Below, piece by piece: positions 49,646 through 62,395 of a stretch of DNA of 64,000 bases (the stretch's first letter is position 1; each line of letters begins with the position of its first letter). The stretch covers positions 38,998,001 through 39,062,000 of the forward strand of contig NW_024704742.1 in NCBI RefSeq assembly GCF_018977255.1, read 5' to 3'. A program made the position numbers and the translations under genes. Below the pieces are notes generated by a model. The model was not told where the DNA came from, did no database searches, and saw only the letters and a program-made list of their open reading frames with translations. The DNA is from Callorhinchus milii (taxonomy: Eukaryota).

Positions 49646-50298
49646 GTCAGCTATGTCTTTTGTCCAGTATTTATTTTCTGCTGGAGTGTCCATTCCACAC
49701 ACACTGACTTGGTGTTTAAAAGCTTTAATTCATTCACTGTCAGCACATTATACTACACATTACACGTTCCTAGATTTTCGAAGTCATTTCAACATAGCAT
49801 ATTTACTGATGGATTCTGCACTCTGGGCTCCATCACGCTCCAATGACTGACACTAAAGATGTTTCCATTACAGGGGTCAGAATTGCAATATTCCTAAACA
49901 CATTCCATTGCTCATATAGGGAATGTTAAATGTGCTTGAATTCCTCTTGATAACTTAATAATAGTAGCGCCCGAAGTTGGCTAAAAGCCCTGAATGCCGC
50001 CATCTTGGATGGGGTCTTTTTCAAGCCCCTAAAACTCCCAGTTTCAAACTTATTGAAGAGATACTGTCTCAGCTCAGTCTGAGTTAGGGTAGTATCCTGT
50101 GAATCAGTCTGGAAGGTCAAACAGTTGGCAATTGGGTCTTTGCTGAAATCTTGAGCCATTTTTGAAAGAAACTACCATCATTGGTGGTTCTTATTAGTTT
50201 TGCTAAGAGGATGCTTTGATTGTTTTGTTTTTTCTGCCCCACCGTCACATTCTCCTTTTGCTGCTTTTCCTTATTTGTTACTGTGTGACCTGGAACAG

Positions 50299-50343
50299 GG
50301 TGAACCCGGTGAGCCAGGAATATCAGGCCGGAGTGGGGTTAAG
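50299..50343 (+). CDS. COL25A1: COL2 exon GEPGEPGISGRSGVK
   Basis: gaacag|GGT...AAG|gtcagt, 45 nt. Confidence 0.92.
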
Positions 50344-50429
50344 GTCAGTCAGTGCGATGGCTCTCTTCAATGCTTTTGTTTGTGATATTTGCACTCTCTG
50401 GTACTAGCAATGGTCAATCAGAAGAAAAG

Positions 50430-50650
50430 AACATAGATATAGAGGGCAATTTCAGGACAGGCACCAAGAAGTTTGATTTACCGAGAGGGTATTTAATGAC
50501 TGGAACAGGTGTCAAAAAGAGTGATTGAGGCCAGGAGTCTGGACTCATTTAAACAGCAGCTCAATGCTGTGATGGGAATGTGGTAGGTGGGTATTCTGGA
50601 ATGATGAGATGAAATGTTCTGAGTTCATCCAAACTTCTCTTGTGATATTG
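50430..50650 (+). mobile_element. CR1 3' end; same family at 10390-10510 (+), 20986 (-) and 54340-54485 (-)
   Basis: Shared block ggactcatttaaacagcagctcaatgctgtgatggg. Confidence 0.7.
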
Positions 50651-51003
50651 TGAGGTGTTTTGACTAATTTTCCCTTCCTCTTGGACATAGCTGAACAGGC
50701 ATCCTCAGATATTTTGTCCATGTTGCCAATATTAATCTGTCAGCCTTTGGGGTGAGTGTTGGTCAGCAGTTCAATTACATTGAGCATCAGAATGAAATCC
50801 GTTCCTGCCTCTCATGGATGAAGACACATGTCTTCCAGCAAAGGTTTCTGCATAGCAGTCAGGAAGGAAAGAAAAAAATTGTATTGTGTTGATTTTATAG
50901 GAAAGCACAGTAGCCACATTATGCACAGCAAGTTTTGGCAAACTAATTTATTGGTGAATTAATTTTGTCAGAAGGTTTTAACTAGGGCAACAGTTTTTGA
51001 ATA

Positions 51004-51235
51004 GAACAACAACAACAACTTGGATTTATATAGCGCCCTCCTCGCCGGAAGGCTTCTCAGAGCGCTTTACAGTAACAGATCCCGGGGCCGAGCCAGGGGG
51101 AGGGGGGGAAGGTGACCAAAGGTGCGGTCGAAAAGAAAGGTCTTCAGCAGAGACCTGAAAATGGGAAGGGGGGAGCGAGACGAAGAGACTGAGGAAGGCA
51201 GTTCCAGAGCCTCGGGGAATAGAATCATCCACCAG
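51004..51235 (-). mobile_element. L2 3' end
   Basis: (CAA)n tail; translation LWNCLPQSLR...FRSLLKTFLF on the minus strand. Confidence 0.75.
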
Positions 51236-52425
51236 GAGAATAGGTAGACTGGACTTTGGTTTAAACATTTAATGGCTTCTCCAACGATGCTTCGTTCTTC
51301 CACTTCTGTAATAGAGTTTACTAAAATAAATACAGTGTAAAGCCCTGTGGACTGCGATCCTATCAGATAACTACAGCACATAAACCCAAATGACCACAGC
51401 TCTGTTTAACCAAAGAGAAAAACATGGTGAGACTACACAGAATAGTTGCAGGATGACTTCAGCATCTGCCTGCTAAGCAGATGAGAATTATTTTAATGAC
51501 AGTTCTGAGGCATTGCAGCCCTCCCATTTAACGTAGCGAGTTTGAAGCTCAGGTTTCTGAAGGCTACAATGTTTCCTAAGCTCCGGCCAACATTTTGTTG
51601 TTCGACACAGTAGGCCTGCAGGTGGATAAATAGGTTTTGCACCTGTTCTATGCATTTTAAGCACTTCCAGACATTCTGCACAGACTGCTTCAAAAGGAAA
51701 TTTTGAACACTAATGTAACCATGAGGAAAACATCAAATGCTAGCACTTCGAAATGTTGGAGTTTAAAACTTGGCCTTGGCAAACTGGAGTCTGCCGAGCA
51801 AACTATGATATCCAGTTTCTGATCGCAGCTGACATATTTTATTTGTGGGCCATTTCTCACCCCAAAAAAGGCCTGAAATGTCTGAGGAAAGGGCAGTAAG
51901 CAAATTGCTGGTTGTGATTGCAAATCACATTTTCCTTTATAATAATACTAATCCTTGCAATTGATATAGTGCCTTATCATGTTGTCGACATCTCAAAGCG
52001 CTTCACAGGATACGCAGTAGAGTAGTTTACTGTACGTTGTGGGCTTTATTGAATTTGCTATCACATTTTTAGTTCTGAATTTTCTGTTTCAGGTGCAAAC
52101 TGGACAAAACAATTAATGGCACATTTTCAACCCCTATGTCAGTGCTTGAGGGTCATCTTGTCCTGACAGTAGAGAGTTGTTAAGCCTTGCCTTTGCAGTT
52201 CCTGTGAGCATCTGTTCAAAGATGCTTTAAAAAGAGAACAGAAGCTTCGGGAGTATCAGTGACCTAATACATAGGAAATGTTGCACATTGATATCTTTTT
52301 TGATCCTGGTTATAGTTCAGGAATCCTATGAGATAGAACTATTCAGAACTGGGCTGATATTGCTGCTGTCTTGGCTGGCGCTGAATTTTCCAGGCACTAA
52401 ATTTTCCTGGCTCACATAAATTTTG

Positions 52426-52845
52426 GTGTCAGCCTGGCTTAGTTGGTTGCATTCTTGCCTCTATTTCAGAAGGTTGTGTCCTCAAGTTCAGGCCAGGACT
52501 TTGAACTTCTGGTCGAGGCTGACAATCCAGTGCTATACTGGGGGATTGCAGTTTTGTCAGAGGTACTGTCCTTTGGATGAGATGTTAAAACTTAGGTCCC
52601 ACCTGCCTGTTAAAAATCCCACAGCACACTTCAAAAAGAGAAGCGAATTTCTCTTTGTGTCTGACCAACAATCCCTCATTTAAAATTGGTCACTCATTTT
52701 ATGGCTATTTGTAGGACGTTGCTGTGTGCAAATTGGTTGCCATGTTCACCTAGAAATTTCCAAACTCTATATGTTATAGAAAGCTCTGAAGCATTTTGAG
52801 ACATCATGATGTGATGAGGCATTATATTACGTTTAAGGAGTATAA
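52426..52845 (+). mobile_element. DeuSINE, full length with tRNA-like head
   Basis: ggtgtcagcctggcttagttgg head, gtcctttggatgagatgttaaa Deu core, tail. Confidence 0.75.
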
Positions 52846-55537
52846 TTCTCGATCAGAATCCAGAAAGGAAAGAATCAGAGATTTGCAAGGTTGTAACTTT
52901 CTGACAGTAGGTTCGGTGACTCCCTGTTTATGGTGAGGCATAAAGAGATTTGTAGGTGAGAATGAGGATCATAAAGTCGATCCACTGGGCGATAGTGGAA
53001 CCTTACAAGGATAGGGGTGATGAGCACGCCAAGCTTCACATGGGTAAGGATGCAGTCAGTGGGTTAAGATTTGGCCAAGGGGAAGACATTTTAACCATTT
53101 CAACCATGACCTGAATTAGAAGTTTATTCCAAAAAAGTATTCCCAGTAGATGTGCTTCTTTAAGAAAAAAAATCTGTCAGCATCACAATATATAGACTGG
53201 AGATTTACAAGGATATGGTTTGGATACCTTAAAGATTTAATTGCTGTGCACAATTGGTTACCACGTTTTGTCCACAAAATACAGTCTTTACAATATATTC
53301 TGTGAAGCACTTTGAGACCTCTCAACAATATGATAAGGCTTCAAATGCAACTATTATTACTATGTCCACTGGAGCTATCTGATGCAATCCCATTTCCACG
53401 CTCTGTCTCCATAAAAATAAATCCCTCAGAGCTTGCTCTTCCATTATATTTACTCCAAAATCTGAAAGGGACACTGGCAAAGTGGTTGCTTTTTGTGTGT
53501 ATAGAAAAGAAAAACCAGAAAGACCAGAAAAGAACATGTGTCCAAGAAGCACACGTTCTTTTCTGGTTCGCTTTTACAGTCTTTATGAAGCAAATTCTGG
53601 TCCTTCCTGAGTCGAAGATCTCTATGTCCCACAACTGTTCACAGGTTTCCCTTCTCATCAAGAAGTCCTAGCACGGAGTCTGTGCTTCTCTCCTGGTGGC
53701 CTTTCTTGGCAGGACCTTTCTCATATTAATAGGGTGTTTGCCAGCAAAGCTCAATCACCAGGCTCAGAGTGTTTCACAGCTGCCTCATTAGTGCAGTCAG
53801 CAACAAGTCAGTCACTTAATCTGGAGGTCGTCAGTTCAGTCCACATATGGGACATAAGTTGATTTTACCCCTCCTTCACCCAGACACTACTTTTTCTGTT
53901 GAGTCGCTCCACTTTATTTTCTTTTACCCAAAGGGATCCACAGCCAAAGTGATGTCATTGTGCTTCTTTCACATAAAGTGTGAGGTTCAGCACCATCAAG
54001 TGGTGTTGGCTGGTATAGCAGATGCAAGGATTATTATTATTATTATAGCAACTCAGGGTGACATCATAAATACATCTACCTGGAAATGGCTCATACTCAT
54101 AAGTTTGAAATGTTTGTAACTTCGAGAGTTTGCTGTTTTACAATTAAATTACAATTCACAATTCAAATAGCAATGAATTGGGCCTCAAAGGGCTACCGCC
54201 TTGAAGAAAAATATTGGTTTCAGTAGGGAGAAAAAACAGAAATATATGTGCTATCCGCACCACTTGGGTTCATGCATAGTGAAGCATTGATGTGTTTATA
54301 TCGGGTGTAAGGATCCATTACATTAAAAGAAAATACATCATAAGGTCACAAGAAGGATTCGAATGAATAAGGCCTTTTGAACTATTTGATTTAATTCTTC
54401 CTGGAATCCCATATAACCATCCTCCCATTACAGTGGCGTGAAGGACGCAAGTTGTTGTTGTACAGCATTAAGCTGTGTTTTAAAGAGAAACAAGCATCCT
54501 GGCTTCAACCATACTAACTGTTAAAGGAGCAGACTTTGAGATAAAGCAATTCATGCTAAGTTAATTAACATTTGTAAAAATAACTAGATGAATCTACTGA
54601 GGAGAGGGACCGAGGGTTATAGGGGCATTCATTAGACTGATCTAGCTGCATTCTCTGTACAGAGGATGTACTGTGCTGCTAGTTTTGTTGGAGATGGCAA
54701 CCAGATCTGAAGGTGAGGTGTGGAAGGTAATTAGATATCCTACAGCTGTATTTGAGATGGTGGGATGGGTGCATGGGGTTGTTAAGTGAAGAGAATAGGG
54801 AGCTTCCAGGTCAGGGGGAATCAACTGAGTGTAGGTCAGAGGGAGAGAGAAATCCATAATCGCACAGTTGGCTATCACCTATAGCAAGAGCAGATTTGCT
54901 GGCCTTTGTTATAGATATTTTTATGTTTTCTGATGGTACTTTGAAGCTCCCAGAGATTCTCACGTATGACATCTGAGACGATCAATTCCTTATTTAAGAT
55001 CGTTCAAAATTTTGGAAAATTCTTAAATTTGTCTACAACTTGGAAGTGTTTTTCTTATAATTAATATATGAGAAATGTTGGGTCTTTGAACCCCTCAACA
55101 ATATTACTATTGTGTTATACAGAAATATCTATTATTCTTTATGTTCAACAACAGCAGCAGTTGTATTTATATAGTGTACTTCACATAGGGTAACATGTCA
55201 TTTCACCCACAAAATATAGTCAATTCACTTTACAGTATATTCTGTGAACAGCTTTGAGACATCTCAAGGATGTGATAAGGTGCTATATCAAATACAAGGA
55301 TTATTATTGTTATGTCAGATCACATCACAGGATTTGACACTGAACAAGGGGAGTGGGGAGTTCATGGGGCAGTTCAAAGAAATGAGAATTGAGGCAGGTC
55401 TTCTAGACAGTAAGAGAGGGCAAGTTAGAGTGGTAGTTCCAGAGGCTTATTCATAATTGACCACTACTTTTTGAGTGGTTTTTTTAAAATGTCTAAGAAT
55501 GCGTGAATAACTGTTTGCCAATGTCTCTCTGTGGTAG

Positions 55538-55582
55538 GGTGATCATGGAATGAATGGAGAATCAGGACCCATGGGGCCCAGA
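55538..55582 (+). CDS. COL25A1: COL2 exon GDHGMNGESGPMGPR
   Basis: tggtag|GGT...AGA|gtaagt, 45 nt. Confidence 0.93.
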
Positions 55583-55678
55583 GTAAGTAGCTTTGTACTT
55601 CTCAGTGCTCATCTCTTAGTGCTGGTAAATAACAACTATAGTTATGTATTCACTATGGAATGCAATGATCTTTTTCAG

Positions 55679-55756
55679 GGTCCACCTGGGCAGAAGGGTG
55701 AACAAGGAGTCACTGAGATCATAGACTACAATGGTAATATCCATCAAGCATTGCAG
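55679..55756 (+). CDS. COL25A1: COL2/NC3 exon GPPGQKGEQGVTEIIDYNGNIHQALQ
   Basis: tttcag|GGT...CAG|gtgagc, 78 nt; MACIT NC3 motif IIDYNGN. Confidence 0.96.
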
Positions 55757-56764
55757 GTGAGCACAATAGACTCAAATACTGTTCAAAATTAGCATGTCCT
55801 ATATTTAGTAATCTGAAGTGCGGAAATGTGGAGGCATTACTGCATTTCAGCGCTCTGCGACATTTACTTTTCTCTACATTTGTTTTCCAAAATCTTCAGT
55901 CTGACACGTACCACGGTAATCAGCTGTTGGTCTCTGGAGTGGCAGCTTCTCTTTCAGCTTTCACTCCGATACAAACAGCTGATCTGACTCCAAGCCAGGT
56001 CTTGCCAGATCCAGAGTCTGGAAAATAGCCTGATTGATGTACATTATTAGTTGTCTCCAGAGACATGCTTGCCTCTGGGGGTAATCTGGTAGTGTAACAG
56101 CCACAGTTAGTAGTAAAGGAAGTAATGTTCAGGAAAGAACATCTTTTTGTTGGGACTTTGACAGTCAGGGAAAAATTGCCACAGGCTTCAATTTCAGTCT
56201 CTTGTGTGCATGTGCTTCTGTTGGGATTTTCCTATTACATCAACAAAGTTGCTGCCCTTAGTGATGAGAGGAATTTCATCTTCATTGTTTGCGATTTCAG
56301 CAGTTTCTTTGCTTCATATGGAATGTTGCACCTCTGATGTGCAATAGTGTGGGGAGGGGAGAGGGCGTTGTGGTCTAATCAGTAAAATAGCACTCTCATT
56401 CACTAAATCTTTATAATGGGATCATCCACTGTAAAGACTTAGTGGAAAAGATTGCTGTTTTTAGTGATCAGTATACTTTTGACCCCATTGGCAATGATTG
56501 AGGGTGGAACATGCCACAAGCTGACAGTTTCGCCTGCAAAATACACAGTCAATCCACTTTACAGTATATTCTGTGGAGCACTTTGAGATGTCTCAATGAC
56601 GTGATAAGGCACTATATCAAATGCAAGGATTATTATCATAAAAAAGTATTTTAAAAATATAAATGCCATCACAAACATATCCCTGTTCCCACTGTATTTG
56701 TTGTACACATTTGGGTGATTTTGTTTGCCTATCAACATAAGGGATGTTAACCCTGGGAAATGGA

Positions 56765-57112
56765 ACATTTCTCCATCTCAAGTGCCGACTGTAAGCATTA
56801 ACTACTCCCAGGTCAAATTTAGAGCAGCTTGCAGAGTAAATGCTTCTTAATCCAAACTACAGAAGAGTACTCTCTGCTGTATTTTCCATTTCCTAAATCA
56901 GGCATTCACGTAGAGTCTTTGAGTGGGATTGTCAATCTAGGACCAATTAGCACTGAATTATTGGCAGTATGTGCTGAAGGCTTGTAACCACTGGGAAATG
57001 GTTGAGACTATTTTCACTTCCAGGCAGCAAAAAAGAGAATCATTCCATCAGTCTGGACTGGAATTGATTCTAGGTCCTTAGAGGCGAGTGTGTTCAACCA
57101 CCAAACCATCCC
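56765..57112 (-). mobile_element. LF-SINE-like element
   Basis: Reverse complement ccagtccagactgatgg...gtctcaaccatttcccagtgg...gtgctaattggtcc; shares blocks with 3040-3236. Confidence 0.5.
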
Positions 57113-58147
57113 ACAAATAAGAAATATTTCTTTGTTTTATAGCTGACATTTGCACGTTTTTTTTTTCTCTTTTGGTGCAAGTTGGCTGTGTGGATGCTCT
57201 GCATGAGGTGGACACAATGACCTGGAATCATAGATGCAGGAAGATGAGACCATTCAACCCATTGGTTTCATGTCAGTACCCTGGGTTTGAAAAAAAAATG
57301 GGACTCGATCCTTGAGACAGAGGATTTTGTTGTTGAATTAGTTAAACTGTTAACATCTATTTAATATTTCTAAGTACAGTAAAAGCGCAGAGTCTGGGCA
57401 AGTTACCAGAACAATTAGAATCAGTGTGTAGTCAATGACATCTCATAGAGTTGTTAATGACTTGCTTTAAATAGCTGATAATACAAAAAGGGGTTTATGG
57501 CCTTTAATTTTTTTAACGCTTAATGAGGTCTAACAAATGAATTCAATTTTGACATTTGCAGTGTATTGATTAGAAATTAATGTCCCAGAGATGCCTCCCG
57601 TAACATTGTTCTCAATGCTAAATCGGTGAGGTTCAGTCGACATCCAGCTCAGTATTCCACTGCTGGCTATTGTGATGGTTATTTTTTAACTTCAGAAATA
57701 CTCAGAGTAATCCACTCTTCTGCTAATCAACAGCTGTACGTGTGACCAGGTTTCGAGGATGGTGGTTTTTAGATTTGTATTGGGAAGGATTCTACGTCTG
57801 GCACATCAGACACATAATCGATATACTACAAATTCCTAAATTTGAAACCCATGTTCACCCCTAATTTAGCTATAAAATCGAAGTGACTCAGAACAATAAA
57901 ACAGCTTCAGGAAACCAGGTGGCTGCCACTCATGATAGTTCCATGTCACACAGTTTGGAGCATGTCATAGTTCCAGCCACTTGGGATGTCCTCCCAAAAT
58001 TAAAAATGTTACATAAATGTAAATTTGTTGTTGTGGTTGAGCACGATTGTCAAAAGTGGCCTCCTTGTTCCACAAGCAATCTTCTTGTTGAAAATATTGT
58101 GTGATTGTAAAAGCTTAACTTTCTTTTTCATTGGACTTATACCAATT

Positions 58148-58428
58148 AATAATAATAATAATCCTTGCATTTGATATAGCACTTTTCACGTCTTCTAGAC
58201 GTCTCAAAGCGCTTCACAGAATATACTGTAAAGTGAATTGACTGTATATTTGTGGACGAAACGCGGCTGCCAATGGCGCACAACAGTGTCCCACAAACAG
58301 TCGTGGGTTGAAAATGACCAATTTATTATTGTTTTGTTTTGGAGGAATTATTATTAGGCGTGTGGAGTAAGGAAACTTGCCCAAGGTTTCGTCCTGCCCG
58401 GAATTGAACCAAGGTTGCTCGCTTGCAA
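58148..58428 (-). mobile_element. Young SINE, 5'-truncated within the tRNA head
   Basis: Reverse complement of family body and tail. Confidence 0.88.
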
Positions 58429-59112
58429 TTGGATACAGCTTAGTCCTTATCAACATTCAACAACATTTCTAGCATTCAAATAATACTTAACTTTAAGACA
58501 TCCAATCAGTTCAATTTACTATGATCGTAGATGGCTCTTAATGCACTTCTGTTGTCCAGGTGCTATTTATTTTATCCTGTTTAATTTTCACTTTTTAGCT
58601 TTTAAATCACCAGTTCTCAACTTCTATTTGCAAAGCGCCATTCAGTACACTTGAGGAAGAAATTTAAAAAGCCTAATGCAGGGCTTCAACGATATTGGCT
58701 TTGAGACTGGTGTCAGGAGGATCCTAGTCCGACACATTAAGCGCTTATCTCCAATGTGCACTTTCTTCTGTATCACTGACTCCAGCTCCCTAGTACCTAA
58801 TTAAACAATGAAGTAAAAATATTACATCATTCGTCGAGCTACAAAAATAGATTTTCATTGTCACGTACAGTGTTTACTCAAAAATGCCAAGAACAAAGGC
58901 TTAACTATTCATTTTTCTTAATCCTGGGAAAGTAAGACTGGATATGTGATAAGTGTAACCAAGCAGTTCAGAGGTATTGGAATAACCTGAAGGTGTAATA
59001 TAAATGTAGCAAATGTCCATCCATGGCAAAATACAGTAAACAATCAGTTGCAACTGTTGATTAGATATCTCTTCACATGCATTTTTTTCTTTAATTTTGG
59101 CATTTTCGACAG

Positions 59113-59136
59113 AGGATCACCACTCTCACTGTTACG
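59113..59136 (+). CDS. COL25A1: NC3 microexon RITTLTVT
   Basis: cgacag|AGG...ACG|gtaatt, 24 nt; same peptide as recalled for human COL25A1. Confidence 0.92.
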
Positions 59137-59384
59137 GTAATTAGCCAAGCTCCTGAGGACTATTGCATGAGCTATTGTGGCTTGTGGCTGTGTTACAAAT
59201 TCAGGCTGCTGAAGTTTATATTAGTAACATTGTACAGCACTGAGGAGGATGTAGAAAAGATCCCTTTTCACATGACCTGCAATTAATGTAAGCTTCTTGG
59301 TACATTTGTTAGGAAACCCATTTCTTGCAAATCCTTGAATTTCTATTAATTTGACAGCTTTTCACTTGAATGTGATTGTCTTGC

Positions 59385-59812
59385 ATCCAGTTCCCATCAC
59401 ACAGGATACAGTTCAAGATTGTGGTCCTCACCTTCAAAGCCCTCCATGGTCTTGCTCTCCCCTACCTTTGCAACCATCTAACCTTTTACCGACCTGCCCG
59501 CTCCCTCTGCTCAGCGGGCTCCAGCTTGCTTCACATCCCCCGGCTCACCCACCCCACCATTGGTGAGTGGGCCTTCCGCCACTCTGCCCCCACCCTCTGG
59601 AACTCCATCCCGCAGTCCCTCTGCCTCACCTCCTTTAAGAGCTGTCTCAAGACTTAATCTTTGACTGTGCCTTTGGTCACTCTCCTTCCGCCTCTGCCCT
59701 CCACCCTCCCGGATCCCAACCCTCAGCTCGGTCTGAACACTGATTGTCCAGCACCTTGGGATATCTTCCCGATGTGAAAGACACTAAACAAATGTAGTGT
59801 TGTTGTTGTTGT
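59385..59812 (+). mobile_element. L2 3' end
   Basis: ORF 59376-59657 RIQFKIVVLTFKALHGLALPYL...AFRHSAPTLWNSIPQSL; (GTT)n tail. Confidence 0.85.
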
Positions 59813-59925
59813 GCTTTCATTTTGAATTTACTAAGGCAATTGCATGTCCTATGAAAGGATGTTTGTGGAAAGACTTGATCTTGAATATCATTGTGTAAAA
59901 CTAACTTTTCTGTTGGGCTTGTCAG

Positions 59926-59970
59926 GGTCCACCAGGGCCTCAGGGATCTCCAGGAATACAAGGGCCAAAG
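59926..59970 (+). CDS. COL25A1: COL3 exon GPPGPQGSPGIQGPK
   Basis: tgtcag|GGT...AAG|gtaaga, 45 nt. Confidence 0.94.
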
Positions 59971-61264
59971 GTAAGAGAAATTCATTTCTTCCCATTTTTT
60001 AACAGGAAATTTCTGAATATTGCAGGAAAAGTCTTGCTTCTGTGTCTGGAATGAATAGGCTGGTGCCAAATAAGATGTGGGTTTCTGCTTCTGTGTTGTT
60101 TCTGCACTGCAATCACATTCATTCTGCAACAGTTGAAGTGATCACACCAGCAACTCAGTAACTGAAAGAGAGCATCTCTTTGAGGTTGAAAAAGTGCTCG
60201 TGGGTGAACAGTGGAGTGAAGAATGTCTTGAGACATAAAGTGTGTCTCTACCAGGGAACCCCACATACCTCAGGTGTACCTGCGAGCTCTTGCTAACAGA
60301 GACATCTCAGTTGCCTGCAGGAGATGCACTTAATGGCCAAGGTACATATTGCACTGTCAAGGCACCATTTACTCTGCAAATTCCCAACAACCACTTCTGC
60401 ACCACTGACTAAGTTGAAGTTTGGTGATTAGGGCACTGCCAAAATGACATTTTCTTCTTTGTTGAATGTCCCACAATTAGTGAGACATTTCAGTAGTAAT
60501 CTAAACATATCTTATATCTCTGTCCCTTAAACACAGTCCCATTAAAAAGGTGACTGTCTTAACTCATGTATCAGTTGCACTATTTTGAAGTATGGAAAAC
60601 AAAGACAAGAGCAGAGAATTGTAAAAGTGGGGTAAATATGTTAGGATTAAAACACAGTACTGGTAGATAACATGGCCAACCAGACAAGGGTATATTTTAC
60701 CCTCATTCTTTTAGAGTTTTTATTTATTGTTTATGTGTTGTTTAAAACATATAGCATATCTGTCACTGCTATAATTCATCTGCTGATAGCAAATATGGGA
60801 ATTTATTTCCACCATTAGACAATTTCTTCTTTTGTGGCTTATGCAAAACATTAAGACCATTTTTTGTAGAGAGAAAATAGAGGAAGAGTGGAGGGGCGAA
60901 GAAGAAATTAAAAGAAGATCCAATGGCCAATTTGGCTCATCCTCTAAAATATCCATCATATCAACTCCCCATTACAGAAGCAAGTAAATGAATCCACTGT
61001 CTTGCTTCAGCCATCCTTTCTGGTTCTAGCTGCTGATTTCCCTCGGTGTAAAGAAATATTTTCAGATATTTGTCCTGAAATTGCCTTTCACGCCCATACA
61101 GCGGTGCTGTTATATCCTTGTTCATTGACATATCTGAACACTTTTCCAAGTTTATGAGGCATTAGTAAGAGAAGGAGGCTTTGGTTTCTCCTTAATAATT
61201 AGTTGAAGTGAGAAGCAATTGCAGTTCACTGAAAAACCATTTGTGTTTTTATTCTGAACAACAG

Positions 61265-61309
61265 GGAGACATGGGCCTAACAGGACCATCTGGACGTGAT
61301 GGAGTGCAG
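61265..61309 (+). CDS. COL25A1: COL3 exon GDMGLTGPSGRDGVQ
   Basis: caacag|GGA...CAG|gtactg, 45 nt. Confidence 0.92.
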
Positions 61310-61444
61310 GTACTGTGATGATACGGTGGAGTCTGTTGTAATCTTTTATGAACTATTTTTGGAGTTGATTGTTTCTATCAAATAGGTCTTTCGTAATTGA
61401 ACGTGTACCATAATTCTCAGTGTCATTACCTTACTTATCTTCAG

Positions 61445-61516
61445 GGTCTTAGAGGGTCGAAAGGTGACATTGGTGCTCCAGGAGACAAAGGAAGCATAGG
61501 CCTCCCCGGCTTACCT
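61445..61516 (+). CDS. COL25A1: COL3 exon GLRGSKGDIGAPGDKGSIGLPGLP
   Basis: cttcag|GGT...CCT|gtgagt, 72 nt. Confidence 0.94.
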
Positions 61517-62323
61517 GTGAGTGTATTTGATATTTATTTCTTAAGGAATTTCAAAGCAGATTCAAATAATAATAATCTTTGAATCTGATATATCATGTCA
61601 TCGAAAAGTACTTAACAGAATTCACTGTAAAGTGTAGTAAAGAGCTGCAAAATTTGATTCAGGCTGTGACCTGAGGAGTTCTGAGTGTTTTGTATCCAGG
61701 GTGTTCATACTGCTTCCTCTTGGGCCAGAATTACAGCTAACAGAATTGGAGTTAATGCAGTCGGGTAAAAACTGTCAGGCTTCATAACAGATTTGGTGTT
61801 GCATTAAATCTGCTAAGAAACGTCAGAATTTCAGTCAGTAATTATTGACTGCATCCAGCTCTGACACCCCATTCACTCCTTCCACTCCGCTCACTCAGGC
61901 CTGCTACACATTCCCCACTTCATCCACCCCATCATTGCAGCAAAATTTCACCCCCCCATCCCCACCCTCTCCCCACACACACACACTCTGGAACTCTCCC
62001 AAAATTCTTTCACCTCACACCCTCCCTCTCTGATTTCAGAATCCATTTTAAAAACTACTCTTAATCCGTGCATTCAACCATTCATCCCATCTCCCAACTT
62101 GCTCTGGTTTTCTGTGTTAAGCATTTTGAGACATTATTTTACGATAGGCACGCATGTAAGTGCAAATTGTTGTTGATGGATTGCTGGAAGCCTCCCTGCT
62201 GGGAGCCAGGACCAGTGATCTGGAATAGTCACAGACATATCAAGGAAATTGTATTGTTTGAAAGTTCACGTTATTGTTTGTTTTTTACAGCTTGTCTGTA
62301 ACCAGTGATTTTTCTTTGCATAG

Positions 62324-62395
62324 GGTATTAATGGAGAAAAGGGAGAGAAAGGGGAGAAAGGAGACCGTGGGTTACCTGGCTTACAAGGCCCTTCA
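62324..62395 (+). CDS. COL25A1: COL3 exon GINGEKGEKGEKGDRGLPGLQGPS
   Basis: gcatag|GGT...TCA|gtaagt, 72 nt. Confidence 0.94.

Noticed and set aside
57150-57215. Possible extra NC3 exon after a strong pyrimidine tract
   Set aside because: AAG acceptor, weak donor, length not a multiple of 3 and no peptide similarity
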